Shown: positions 46,161 to 59,000 of the stretch, in pieces
Layout of the letters: every line of letters begins with the position of its first letter
Position numbering within the stretch: position 1 is the stretch's first letter
DNA from: Azolla caroliniana
Lineage: Eukaryota > Plantae > Polypodiophyta
Direction of reading: 5' to 3'
DNA length: 64,000 nt
Assembly (NCBI GenBank): GCA_043228905.1
Contig: JBHGNT010000002.1
Location: 24,304,001-24,368,000, forward strand
Notes under the pieces: generated by a model
Told to the model about the DNA's origin: nothing
The model's database searches: none
The model's input: the letters and a program-made list of their open reading frames with translations, nothing else
Program-made: the position numbers and the translations under genes

Positions 46161-48071
46161 TGGAAGTTGAATAACTCTTGAAGATGGGGATTGTCCGAGC
46201 CTTGGCCATGTATTGGAGAAATGTGTTGATTCAGATGTACAGAAAGGGGAATGGATTCTTGCGATTTTTGTTGCTAGTTTGGAGGCATGATCGATGCACA
46301 TCCTATACATAAAGAGGGTCGATTTAACATTCTATACATAAAAAAAGGAGAGTTGATGTAACATGCCATGCATAACCAATATTGGTGCAATGGTGCAAAA
46401 CCAAAATAACTTACAACATTGTAACAATGTTTCATTAACATAACCTTATCAAAATCCTTGACTTGTATTTAATAAACTTAGTCCTCCAACATTAGAAGGA
46501 CTTATATAAACTCTTTGCATAGTTTATGACGCAAAGATCCGTTTTCTTTTTCTTTTATAACGAATAATTACTTCACACAAGAGTGTGATCATTTGTCACA
46601 AAATAGTGTTGTATGGAGTTAATATATTTCCTAGTGTTCTTGTGTATGGAAAATAAAAAAGGTGATAGTAAATAAGAATAAACATTGTATGGACTCTAGA
46701 GTTACTATATTTCCTAGTTTTCTCTTGTGCATGGCAAATCAAAAGGTGGTCGTAAATAACAAGTCATGTTGAGAAGTTTTGAATTTCAAATGTGATCTTG
46801 TGTAGATATCGTTATTTATTGGGTTTATTCTATCATTATGTTACCTCATGTTCTAGAATGCTCGATTCCATTAATGTGTTTTTGTGATAACCTTGCATTG
46901 GAAACAATCATGTTATGAAGAGACTCAAAACCTTGGTGTTTAAAATACACACGCTTTGTGCTTTTTTTATGCATAGTAGAACAATGAGAAACTTGATAAA
47001 GTATTTACTTGTTCTAACCTAATAAATGGTATGGTTAGGCAAATATGTTGAAAATGTGTTCTAGAAACGATTCAAGATTTAAGTGATCCATTTGGCCATA
47101 CTACAATTTCTTAAAATGTGAAAACATCAACCATGTGGCCTTATTTCTTAGGAACTCCATTCCCAATATCATTCCTAGAGGTTAGGCATTATGAGAACTC
47201 TTGACTACATTCCAATTTAGGATCTTACCAAGATATTGTTGGAAACAAAGTTCCCAACAAATTAGTCTCTCTTAAAAGAAAATCAAGGGTGTTTTTTAAT
47301 GGTTATGAAAAGATAACTCATAAAAGACTAATAGAAAAAAAAAGTTTTAAAAAAAACGCCCCTTGCTTGTTGTCTTTTCTTTGTTTCTTATATTGTAGGT
47401 TACAAAGCATCCTTTTGGTTTATGTTTATCATCAACCATATATGGATGCACATATTCATGAAGTGGTCTTTGAACCATGACAAGATAACTTGGACGAAAT
47501 TACATGATCAAGCCTCTCAAGGAGAGTGAAGGGGTTGTGGATGAATGAGAAAGAAAGAAAGAAAGAAAGATATATTAACGTCTTCTAAGGCCAAATTTGG
47601 CCCATGAGAGAGAATAGAATAGATTTTTTATCGTCCACAAGGAGGCCAATTTCGACCAATCGAACCAAATCAACATATCATCATGTATGTGAATCCTTCT
47701 TAACAAGGGGGTGAAAACTCTTTATGTGAAAATAACATCCTATTAATTATCAATATTTTGGGGCGATTTGCTTAACATAAAGAGATGTGGAAGGAAATCC
47801 ATCGATCGCATTTCAAAAGGTTCACGGGAACACATTGCCATAGAATAACTTGGCAGCGAGATGCGAGTGGATATGTAGTAGGAGGTACTATGGGCCACAC
47901 CACAACTATTGTCCATTGGGGGCTCTTGGTCAAATCGTAGAAATGAGAGAAGAGCAGAAGGAAGAATGTTAAAAACTAAGTAGAAAGGGCAAAGTTGCTC
48001 TAAGAAAGATATACTAAGTAGAAAGGGCAAAGAAAAAACAAACAAGAATTTGAATGACATCGAGTAAGAAG

Positions 48072-48144
48072 CGCGCCAGGAAGGGGTCGAACCTTCGACT
48101 TTCTGCTTAGGAAACAGACGCTCTATCCACTGAGCTACAGGCGC
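48072..48144 (-). tRNA. trnR-CCT: tRNA-Arg (anticodon CCT)
   Basis: GCGCCTGTAGCTCAGTGGATAGAGCGTCTGTTTCCTAAGCAGAAAGTCGAAGGTTCGACCCCTTCCTGGCGCG: 73 nt, A and B boxes, cloverleaf. T-run terminator ~35 nt downstream. Confidence 0.97.
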
Positions 48145-48898
48145 TGTTTTTAGAATGAAAATAATTACAATTTTAATAAACTTAATCATAACTTGACACC
48201 CTTACCATGGGACCAAGGAAGTGAATTACTAATTGTGGAATCAAACATAAAGGCTCACCATGCAAGATATATGAACAATGAAATTGCGTAATGAATCCTC
48301 TCTTTCCATGTGGGAATGTACACATACATGTTAATGTCTATGGAACCCTAGGGCGCATGAAATGCATGTGTATGATTGGTTATATGTAAATGGTGGACAT
48401 GGTTATATGTACCGATGACAACAAACTTGATGTGGTTCAAAAAAGAATACCCCTAATGTATCATGAAGTAATGAATCAATCGCTAATACAGGCAATTCCT
48501 TTTTGGTCCTCCCCTTCTTTCGTAGACTCTACGGGGATAGGCCCTTTGTCCATTGGTACAAAGCTTGAGTGATATACAAACAAGTCTCATAGAAGTTAGA
48601 ACATAAATAAGTTAAACGCGATCAATCAAGAGCAATATATTTGAAGTTTGACGGAGCAGTAGAAGTGAAAGCTCCGTGATCATATTACTGGGTGGCTGAT
48701 GAGGAGGGGCATTGCTGGGCAAAGAAGAGACATTGAGGTGAAGAATAAAGAAAGCCTCAGGGGCATGTTAGAGATTTTCAAAAGTCAGGGGTATTATGGG
48801 AAATACAGAAAAATAAACCGAGGATACTCGTCGGAGTTTCTCCAACTCTAAGACGAAGAAGAAGAAGAAGAAGAAGAAGAAGAGGTGCAGAGAAATCC

Positions 48899-51800
48899 AT
48901 GGAAGACTTCGAGCAGCTCTATGATATACACGACACTGCTTCTTACATTCTTCGTCATGGGTATACACGTGTGGCTCTTCAGGTTTCCCATCCTCCGTTT
49001 TGTTAGAGAAGAAAACTCTCAGTTTGTTTCGATCCTTTTTTTCATTCGTACTACACTTCTGAGTTCTCTTTACGAGTAAATTTCTCGAGGTTTCTCTAAG
49101 TTAGGGTCACTGATATGGTAGATACTTGGTTATGTATGCTCACTTAATATATACATCTATATACACTCCACTGGAAATCTAGGGAATAATTCTTGACCCT
49201 GGTTATTTACATACTTGTGTATATCTGCATATATATATATATGTATGTATTTATGTATGTATATCTATACATTCATATATATATAAATATATATATAAAT
49301 AAATAAATAAAAATATATGTATGTATATCTGTATATATTAAAAATACGTATATATGTACATAACCAAGTATCGACAATCAAAGAACCTAACGTATAATAT
49401 ACACAAGGACACAGATACACACATATAAGTATAATGAGGGGGGATTCATAAAATTTTCAGGTAGGTGTACTACAGCTAGGGGAAAGAACAATCAAATGTA
49501 GCACAATCCATGCCATGTTAGGGTCTCCTTGCACCACCCACAACAGGATTGTGAGGGTCTTGCTGAACTCGTTCATCAAATGTTATTTGATAGAACTATT
49601 ATGCCTTGGGAGAAAACAGTGTTTGCACACAATCAGAAGTATCTTAGTATCACCTTGCACAACCCATATCAGAATTGTAAATACATGGTTGGTATGCACC
49701 CATTAGACCATCTTGGCCTCTTTTTAACATATGGGCTCGAGATCCCTGAGGGAACCTAGGGAAGACCAAAATCATGGTCTTTAACAGATCTTCAGCTGGA
49801 ATTGACTGATTTGGATTAGAGTTTATATGGTGATGTGACCTTATATATATTTATATCGCCTTTGTTGGGGCTGAGTGCAACATGAGGAAGCAAGAAAAGG
49901 ATAGCTTTATGGAGGTAAATGCTTCTTTAGGATCTTTGGAAAGAAAATATGCTTGCATTCATTTCCAAGAACTTAAGACTATTACACCTCGGGATAAGAA
50001 AACCAAGTATTGCATAATCAGAAGTATGTTAAGACTGCTTTGCACAACACATGTCAGGATTGTAAAGCCGTCAGCGAGTTGCAAAACTTAAGTTGTTGCA
50101 TCATTCTTGATCTCCAACTCAGTGTAGATAACATACTTCAGTTGGGAACATTAATGGAGTTTCATATTGAATCTTCTTCTTCTACAGAACTAAAAAAATT
50201 TCCATTCTTGCATTTCAATTCAGCATAAACAAAGTTCTTCTATTGGAACATGTATCTAATTTCTTATTGAACCTCATACATTTTTTTATTGTTTTTGCAG
50301 TTCCCTGATTCACTTCTGAAGATTTCTGTGGCCATTTCTTCTTCTCTGAGACTCCACTTGAGGAAGCAGAGTAAAGGATATGACTCAGTGAAGCTTTATA
50401 TCTTGGCTGATACTACCTTTGGCAGCTGTTGCGGAGATGAAATAGCGGCCGCACATGTCAATGCAGAATGCATTATCCACTATGGGCACACTTGCCTTAC
50501 TCAGTAAGAAACTGTACTTATTCTGCCTAAAAAATGATATTGCTGATTCAGTGGGTGCATGTTCATCATATTTATGGACACAGATTTATTTTACATGCAT
50601 AAAAGCGCACATTTATAGATAGATAATAGTAAAGTTGGACTCTTATCATAAGGACATATAAAGTGCATGGGCAGACAGATTTTGGGAGTATTGTTCCACA
50701 TTGCACATTTGTTTAATGCTATAATCTTTTTGAAGAAATATTATTCTTTCAATGATTTCCAATGCATTGTCTTGAAGGGCAAGAATCCATTCAAAAAAGC
50801 GTAAGTGGGAAGGCTGGAATCAGTGTTGAAGCAGAAATCAATTTATGCTGAACAATTTTAGCTGGAATTTCTTTGTTTAGGCCATGCAACTTTTTGTATA
50901 CATTATAATAGTTATAAGTTATAACAAGTTATTTTCTTCCAAAAAACTTACTTATCCTGATTTTATTTTGTAGAATTTAATGAATGCCTAACCATTTACA
51001 GGTCCTCAAAACTGCCAATACGATATGTCTTTGGAAGATGTGTGATTGATGTTGAAGATTGTGTCAATCATGTAGTAGAATACAAGTCAAAGTGCAGACA
51101 AACAATTCTGGTACTAAACCAGTAGTTTACATCTTTGGTTTAATTATTTTCTCCATAATAAAACATGCTCTTTTTTCTACACTCTTTCTACTCAGATAAA
51201 TTTACAGATGTTTTTATGTGCCAATAATGAAATGTTCATCAATGGTATAAATTTGTATGTCGGTAACGAAAACATGTTTGTTTATCCTACTTCATCTAGA
51301 TTTTGCATATTCTCAATGTGGGCATAGATTATAGATGTTTTGTATTGCATTAATGGTATGATAACGGAAACATGTTGGCTTCTTGTAAACAGCTACTTTT
51401 TGATCTAAATTTTGCACATGCAATACCAAACATAAGAAAGAGATTGCTGGAAAACCAGTTGTTGACAAATGTGCAAGTGGCAGAAGACCCTGATAAAGAA
51501 AGAAATCCATTATACAACCTTGCAGAAGAAACCAATGAAAATGGGAGGGATTTACAACTACTAGAATCAACAGACGAACATACGAAGCCCAAACCAACAA
51601 ATTGCCAGCCTAACACCAGATATAATTGTGGAGGTCTCGATTGGGTTCTCCCGGAAGATTGCAAAATGGAAGATGCAATCATTGTTTGGATAGGCCACGA
51701 GAGTCCTGCGTTAACAAATATTATGCTCACTTTCAGTGCCTGCACTGTAGGTATCCTGTTTGATGTTTTTTACTGTTGACATGTATTTATGCTTTTTAGA

Positions 51801-52456
51801 TATGTTGTATGTGTGGAGATTACTGAACTTGTTATTTGGTAATCAGACATGATGGCACATGATATTGTATATTATATACTGACCGTTATATAATACACTA
51901 TATAATTACAGCTCTGAAATAATATGCTGGACTCATTATATTTACTGTGGATTCTAAATTGGCTTTCAAAACATACAATAACACAGGCTGCAATATTTTA
52001 AAGTGGCTTTAAAGATGAGCAAGGAACAGTGCATCTGTTTTCCTAGTATAATGGATCACATTTCTTCTTGACAGTTCCTGACTTCTCGGGTGATCTTGAT
52101 TCTCAATTTAGAGGAGACTAGGATATGTTGTTAGGAACATATCTGTAATCTTCATTTAATTTAATGGAGTCAAATAGACCAGAGATAGGCCTATTTGTCC
52201 ATGCCTCATCAACTACAGTCTGGATAGACCTAGGATTATTTGGTATATAGTGGACCAGGTTCCCTCTTTCAGACCCGATCTTCTGCCTTATTGTGATTTG
52301 CACTTAAGATCTCCCCGATCTCTTATATCAGGGTACAGATCTTCCATCGCGGTATATACTCTCTGTCTCTCTATATGTATACTATATACATAGATACATA
52401 GATACATACATATATATATATACATACATACATACATACATATATATATATATACA

Positions 52457-52488
<32 letters not shown>

Positions 52489-52544
52489 CATATACATACA
52501 TACATACATACATACATACATACATACATACAGATATATCTATA

Positions 52545-52588
<44 letters not shown>

Positions 52589-52604
52589 TAGATAGATAGA
52601 TAGA

Positions 52605-52659
<55 letters not shown>

Positions 52660-54639
52660 ATATAGCCTATAAAAAACTAGATAATTAACTCATGTTTCGA
52701 GGATCTCTGGGTCCATCACTGTTAATTCTTAAAATACTTTTTTGCTAAATATGTTACAACTTCCATAACGTAAAACTTATTTTACAGGTTATTTTATACA
52801 ACCCTGATAAGAAATGCTTCAATTATGATGTGGCAAGTCAAAGCAAATTTCTAATGCGTCGGTAAGCAATGGCAATTTGGCTATGTAAAACCTACATGAT
52901 TTTACAGATACCATTGCCTTTTTTCGTGTTTATTTGAGAAACGAATTGTTAGTTATCTCACAGGTATTATTTAATTGAACGGGCCAAGGATGCAAATATC
53001 GTTGGTATTGTTGTAGGAACACTTGGAGTTGGTGAGCATGTTTGCATATTTCTTTCAATGATGTTAATTTCTCATTGCTGGATATGAAGTTTTTTTATTG
53101 AAATGTTGTATGCATTTTTTTCATGCCATTTACTGGAAGACATTTTCTGAATGTCTTGTTCCTGCCCATGATGTGTATAAACTCTGTCGTGCAGCTGGTC
53201 ACCGTGAAATGGTTCAGTTAATAAGGAATCTTGTGAAGGAGTCAGGAAAAAAGTCATACACGCTTGCAATAGGAAAACCAAACGCAGCAAAGCTAGCTAA
53301 CTTTCCCGAGGTCAAGTATATGTTCATAATTGCATCATCGTCTTCCTATTTTCCTTGATTCTAAACTGAAGCAACCTATGTGTTCTGTTTCAGTGTGACA
53401 TTTTTGTATTAATAGCATGTCCGCAAACAGCATTGCTGGACAGCAAAAATTTCATGGTTCCCGTGATCACGCCTTTTGAAGCAATAATTGCATGGAGAAG
53501 GTCTGGTATATGTCTTTTTCTTTTTTATCCTAATTTCCAAGCTATAGTTGAGTGAAGATTCTGAGGTTATGAGAAGCTAAAAAAAGAGGATGTCGAAAAA
53601 CTCTGTTTGTATGCATAATATAATGTAGAACGTTGATTAGAGATTATGGCCAGTCTTTAAAGAAAATGTCTAAGTTGCTACAAGAATTCTATTTGTAACC
53701 CTGAATCATGATATCCAGAAATCTTAACTTTTCTGGTGACATCAGGGGAAGTCATTGGACTGGAGCTTATTCTCTGGATTTCAGATCCATAATCAGATGG
53801 TATAATTCAGGAAGGCATAGACCGCAAGGAAAGGAAGAAGCTCGTTTTTCGTTCATAAAAGGTTCCTATATCGAAGAAGAATTCGATAAAGAAGCAGGTA
53901 CATCCTTCGTTATTTGATCACTTTGATCTTGCATTACCATTCCATGACATAAATTAGGCGAATCTTAATTGGCATAATGAATTCTCTAAAATTGAATTAT
54001 GTTGCCTCAGGAAAGTCTATACCAGTGGTGATATTTTCTTTTCTTGCATTTGCCTCAAATCCTGACTGTGCTTCGAAGAACTTGCTATCAAGTGAATAGG
54101 AAATAGGTGGCATTGTCAATTTATTTATTAAGGATATATATATACTTAGGGCAATTCACATTCGTGTTTGGTAAAATTAGTCCCCAAAGTTTAATGCAAA
54201 TTTATAGGAATTCAGAGGAAATTGTATATATCTGTACCATTTTATAAAAAATATATCTGATTGATGAGTTTAAAAACTCTTGTGGTCTTTTAGTGAATAA
54301 AGGCACCGTTTTCTCGAAATGCTGAAGCACATATTTCTACACGTTACCTCCCTTTACTTTTAAATGAAATTGTGTTCCATTCTTGTAGGTGAAGAAACTG
54401 AGATACACCAGTCAAAAGCACTGCAACCAGCGAATCAAGCTGAAGAAGATCTTCAATTGCAAGAAAAGAAGTGGTCTGAAATAGTTTCAAAGGTTGAAGC
54501 TCGATCCGGTGCTGAATATTTCCTTTCCAGATCATTCCAAGGCTTAGAGGTGAGCGCCAGCCAAAAGGCAACTGTTGGACATGTTGTTGGAAGGAAAGGG
54601 AGAGCATCTGGCTATATCGATGAACCCAATAAACACTGA
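48899..54639 (+). CDS. DPH2: Diphthamide biosynthesis protein 2 (2-(3-amino-3-carboxypropyl)histidine synthase subunit 2), 10 exons
   Basis: Exons 48899-48982, 50301-50503, 51002-51110, 51393-51746, 52788-52861, 52964-53031, 53195-53310, 53394-53500, 53746-53897, 54389-54639. Motifs [64 protein letters not shown] and DPH2-type C-terminal [16 protein letters not shown]. Confidence 0.93.
49097..49394. mobile_element. MITE-like foldback in DPH2 intron 1
   Basis: Perfect 16-bp inverted repeat GATACTTGGTTATGTA (49121) / TACATAACCAAGTATC (49357), extendable imperfectly to ~40 bp, around a TA-rich core. Confidence 0.55.
52370..52662. repeat. Compound microsatellite (TACA)n (TA)n (TAGA)n (TCTA)n in DPH2 intron 4
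   Basis: Directly visible. Confidence 0.95.
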
Positions 54640-55579
54640 TTTAGCTCTTTCTTTTTAATATTAGATTTTATATTTGGTTTGGTAAATGATATTTTTTGAG
54701 AAGAATCTTGTATATACTAACTCAACACCAAATGAGAATTATTTCGGTTGGAAATCTGAGTGTGGAAACAATGTTATTCAAAGCTAGTTTAAAGGATATT
54801 ATTTGGATATTCCATTACCATAGTTATTGCTTAGTCACGTGAATGAGGAAATAAAGAGATTTTGGTTGCTTTACTGTTATTACCATGGGAAATATACAAG
54901 TGATTTTAGGTACACCTTTCATGATTTGCTAGTTGTGAGTCTTAAATTTGATCAAATTTTTCTATGTATGTATGTTGTCATTTTGAAGTCTTGAGACTAG
55001 TTAGTTGTGTTTTGCTATTTTGATGAACAACAATGTTGATCAACAACAAATTCGTTGGGTGATCACCCAAGCAAATAAAAGAATGATTGACTATAAAATG
55101 GAAGCACCTTTTTCATGTTAAGGTTCTTAATCATGTCTCGAGGAAAATTGCTCATAAATTTTGAAGGCCTTTGTATATGACATTCACTCATGTTTTCAAG
55201 GATCATGTTTATGCATTGAAAATAAAATACGAGTGCGCACAAACTGAATACCAAGGTGCTTGTGCAAATATTGTGTCCAAATTTGAGGGCATATGGTAAT
55301 TGATTCTTAAGGGTATGCAATTTCGGTAGACTTGGGGGGAAGTATCTCTTGCTCCATTGTTTCTTCATGCGATGAATCGATGTGTGATGTGTCTGCTTCT
55401 CTTTTGGGAAGGTGTTTTGGTCACTTGATTTGAAATTAGCCGGGGTCATAGTTAAAAAACATTGGTGTCCATCTTCGAGGTACATGGCGTGGGCAAGCCC
55501 ATTGTAGTTTTATTTATTTATATCGTGCGAAGTAAATATGTATGTGTACATATAAGCAAATATTCTTAGGTGTGCTATG

Positions 55580-55657
55580 TACATAATAAGCCATCAATGA
55601 TAACAACTATGGGCAAGACAAACATAATAAGCCATCAATGATAACAACTATGGGCAT
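55580..55657. repeat. Direct duplication of ACATAATAAGCCATCAATGATAACAACTATGGGCA upstream of HCF107
   Basis: Copies at ~55581 and ~55622. Confidence 0.85.
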
Positions 55658-55934
55658 TTTTGTCTTGTTTGTTTTGTGTCAGTGAGTGTGTGTAGCATTA
55701 GCATTAGAGGGATGAGCTGCGACGCGTTCCATGGCTATTCATTCATTCATTCATTCATTCATTCTTTGGAGAGATAAAGAGAAGAGAATAAAAGAATACA
55801 ATGGAATCGAGGTTATGGGGTTCTTCTCTTTCTCAATATCTGAGAAACAGGAGCCTACTTTTGTAAATATGAGAATCACTAGTGGATAGATAGACCCATC
55901 TCTGCTCCAAGCTCTTGAGCTATGGAAGCTCTGT

Positions 55935-55982
<48 letters not shown>

Positions 55983-56040
55983 AGTCCGTCCTTTTTTCCT
56001 CTTCTTCTTCTTATGTTTCTTTCTTCTGTGTTCCCCTGAT

Positions 56041-59000
56041 ATGGCGTTTTGCCCTTCCAACTCCCCTTTCTCTCATCATTCCATTTCTTCTTCTTCTGAA
56101 CCTTCCTTATTGTCCCGCCTTTCTTCTTCAGTTTCTCTCGTTTCTTCATTGCAGATTCATCATCATCAGGAGCTTTTCGTTTTACCTAAGTGTCAGCCTT
56201 CTGTAGCTCAAATTTCGTCTTCTTCTTCTTCTTCTGCATTTTCTTCTTCCTCCTCCTCTTCTACTTCTACTTCTGCTGATTCAGAATCAACCATTTCCGT
56301 TGTATCGCGATCTCGCAGTGATGGAATCTTCGTATTCGATGAAGAATATTTGCAGACAAAACCGTTGAAAAAAGAACCTTTGCAGAATGAATCATTGGAG
56401 GAAGGATCTTCTCCTGAAGAGTCTTTCCAGACGGATTCTTTGAAGGAAGGATCTTCACAGAAGGAATCGTTTCGGGTACAATCTTTGCAAGGAGGGGATC
56501 AAGATGAAAATGGTGAGCTTATCTTTGGTGGAAACAGTGTTTAGCGGGGTAAAAGGAATCAAGGGTCCTTTAAGAGCTCATCCTTAATGTGAAGAATTTG
56601 GCGTCAATGGTGATAAATCATCATCTAAATCTATTGGAACTATTCCTTTAACATACTCTGATAAGACATGATAATCATGAAATGAAGCAGTGGTCCCATT
56701 GGAAACTTATCTTCATCTAAATTTATTGAAGCTGGGTTATTTACATACACTACCTCAATGATATTTTGAAGATTGCTTTTTTTCTAATTTCGAAAACATC
56801 TGATATCGGCACTTTGACATCAACGTTTTTTGAGAAATAATTTAAGGGAAAAATCCTTCAATGTCGAAACGCAATGTTGATTTTCAGATAATGTATGTGA
56901 AAATTTATGCTAAACTATCTGTTGGATGATAAAGCTTACCATGAATGGTCATAAACGATAAGCTAAATGCTCTACAATTATTCTTTGGCATTACCATATC
57001 TCAATCTTGAAAGCTATTTTTTACCCTAAAACAGGTTAGGTTTTTATATCTTAACTGTCAAAGTTAAAGGTGGTTTTCAAACGATGCAAGTGTAAATTTT
57101 ACTAACCTAGGGTATTTGTTTATATGTTTTGATGATAGAGCTTATCTATAATTGAAAATATACCTCTATTTTGATTTATTTTAACGTTCAAACATTTCTG
57201 CAGATGATGAAAACAAAAGAAAGATCTTCCCTAATTTTAAGGAAGCATATCTCTCTGATACGAGGGAATCCAAAACTATTAGGGTGCTTTCAAATCTCAG
57301 GCCTTCAATTGGTTCCGGAAGGCTGCCCATTAATCTAGATCTTGATCTTTACAGAGCTCGATGTTTGTTCCGGAAGCGTGAAAACAAGAAAGCTGAGGAG
57401 ATATTAAGACAGGTTTGATTCCATTCTGATCTATTATCATGATCCCTTTGTTTATACTTTTAACAGTTAGAACATGACAATAATACAAAGAATTCGAGTT
57501 TGTGATATCCGTATTGAGTCTCCTGAACTTCAAAAAGGCTGTTCCTTCACATGATGTTTGTGGTTAATAATCTTCAGATTGTTGGTTTGAGCCGCAGTGG
57601 GTGGGTGCATCACGTACAAGAAGATCATATAATTGAAGATTGTTATGCCTAACGCTTGAAGTAATACCCACTAGGTGCATCATAGATGAAAAAAAGGAGT
57701 TTTTTCATGTCCATATCTAGTCCGTTAAAGGTAAAATAAGTTGTTTCATTGCATGATGGTCTAGGGTTTTGAGTTCAATCACTACTGAGCACATCATAGA
57801 TGGAAAACTTTGAACTTCTCATGCTCAAATGTAGTCTGACAAGGCTAAAATAGGTTCCTTTGCATGACAATCTAGGGTTGTTGCTTCACATAGTAAGGAA
57901 AATGCCTCATAACCTTTGGGTTATGGGTTTGAGCCACCTGGGCATGTAATTGGTATGGACATTTATATTTGATATGCGTTGTTCAATTGGTGAATCCTCC
58001 CTAGAAGGACGTGTGGGATCAAGCTCCACCATTTGCTTCACATGGTCATAATTTGATGTGGTTTCACAACTAATTTCTAGTAAGTATTAGGGTGTGTATA
58101 TTAAAATGGATCGTGCCTTTTCCTTAGCATGTATACAAATCCTTATAACATAGTGTAGGACTGATTTACTGCCGCTCATTTGAATATTATAAAATTATTT
58201 TCCATTCTATTCACAACCAACTGAACAGCCAAGTGGTTATTATGCAAAAATAACATATGTGGTCTGTAATATAGTGCTTAAATCCTGCAATCAACTCTGT
58301 TCAGAGGTACAAAATTGCTAATCCATTTGGCATCTTTTCATCATGATCAATCACAATCAGTATGTGCCACATATACCAAAGAAGTGTATCTTTGGAGGAG
58401 ATAGACTTGATCCCAGCTACATAGGAAACTTGCACACATGAAATAAGTCATCAAATCAGTCATACCTTTTTAGGAATGCATAGACCTTCTTAGTAAGGAT
58501 TTCATAATCTGCAATGAGGAAAAGTCCTCAGTGAAAGGGATTACACAATCTGCAATGAGGGAAATGCCTCAATAGTAAGGATTACATAATATGCAATGAG
58601 GAAAATGGCTCACATTTGTTCCATGCGTGCCGTGATTTTTTTTCACAATCAATGAGTGTCTGACATGTAAATGAAAGAAATGTATCTTTGGAGGAGATAT
58701 CCTTGATATCAGTTACATTGGGGTCTTGCACACATTGAAATAGGCCATAAAATTGGCCATGCCTTTTGTAAAGTATCCTCCTAAGAACGTGTCTGCTTCT
58801 CACTAAGGACCACATACTCTGCAATGAGAAATACCTCTCATTTGTTCTCATGCTGACCATCTATAATGTCTTGAATGCAGTATCAAGATGAGTGCCCAAT
58901 CAACCAGTAGCTAATTGCTTGAAAAACTAGGGTAAATGTGCCTAGTAGAATCTTACACGTAATAGATTGGAAGTCTTGAGTCGCAATTGATGAGGAACCA

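Noticed and set aside
47743-48189. 148-aa minus-strand ORF
   Set aside because: It runs through the tRNA-Arg gene (APVAQWIER.. is the tRNA translated); spurious.
48885-49079. ORF with SMIYT resembling an MPB2C motif
   Set aside because: Alternative frame of DPH2 exon 1 ([15 protein letters not shown]), which splices correctly to FPD at 50301.
48899-54639. DPH1 as alternative identity
   Set aside because: ALQFPD, KLANF and the C-terminal RSFQGL..GRxGxASGY motifs fit DPH2; DPH1 typically has ALQMPEG and ACPRLSIDWG.
55915-56040. Upstream in-frame extension of HCF107 given by the ORF track
   Set aside because: Starts at a non-ATG codon and crosses a (CT)n 5'-UTR microsatellite; ATG 56041 (MAFCPS..) begins a plausible transit peptide.
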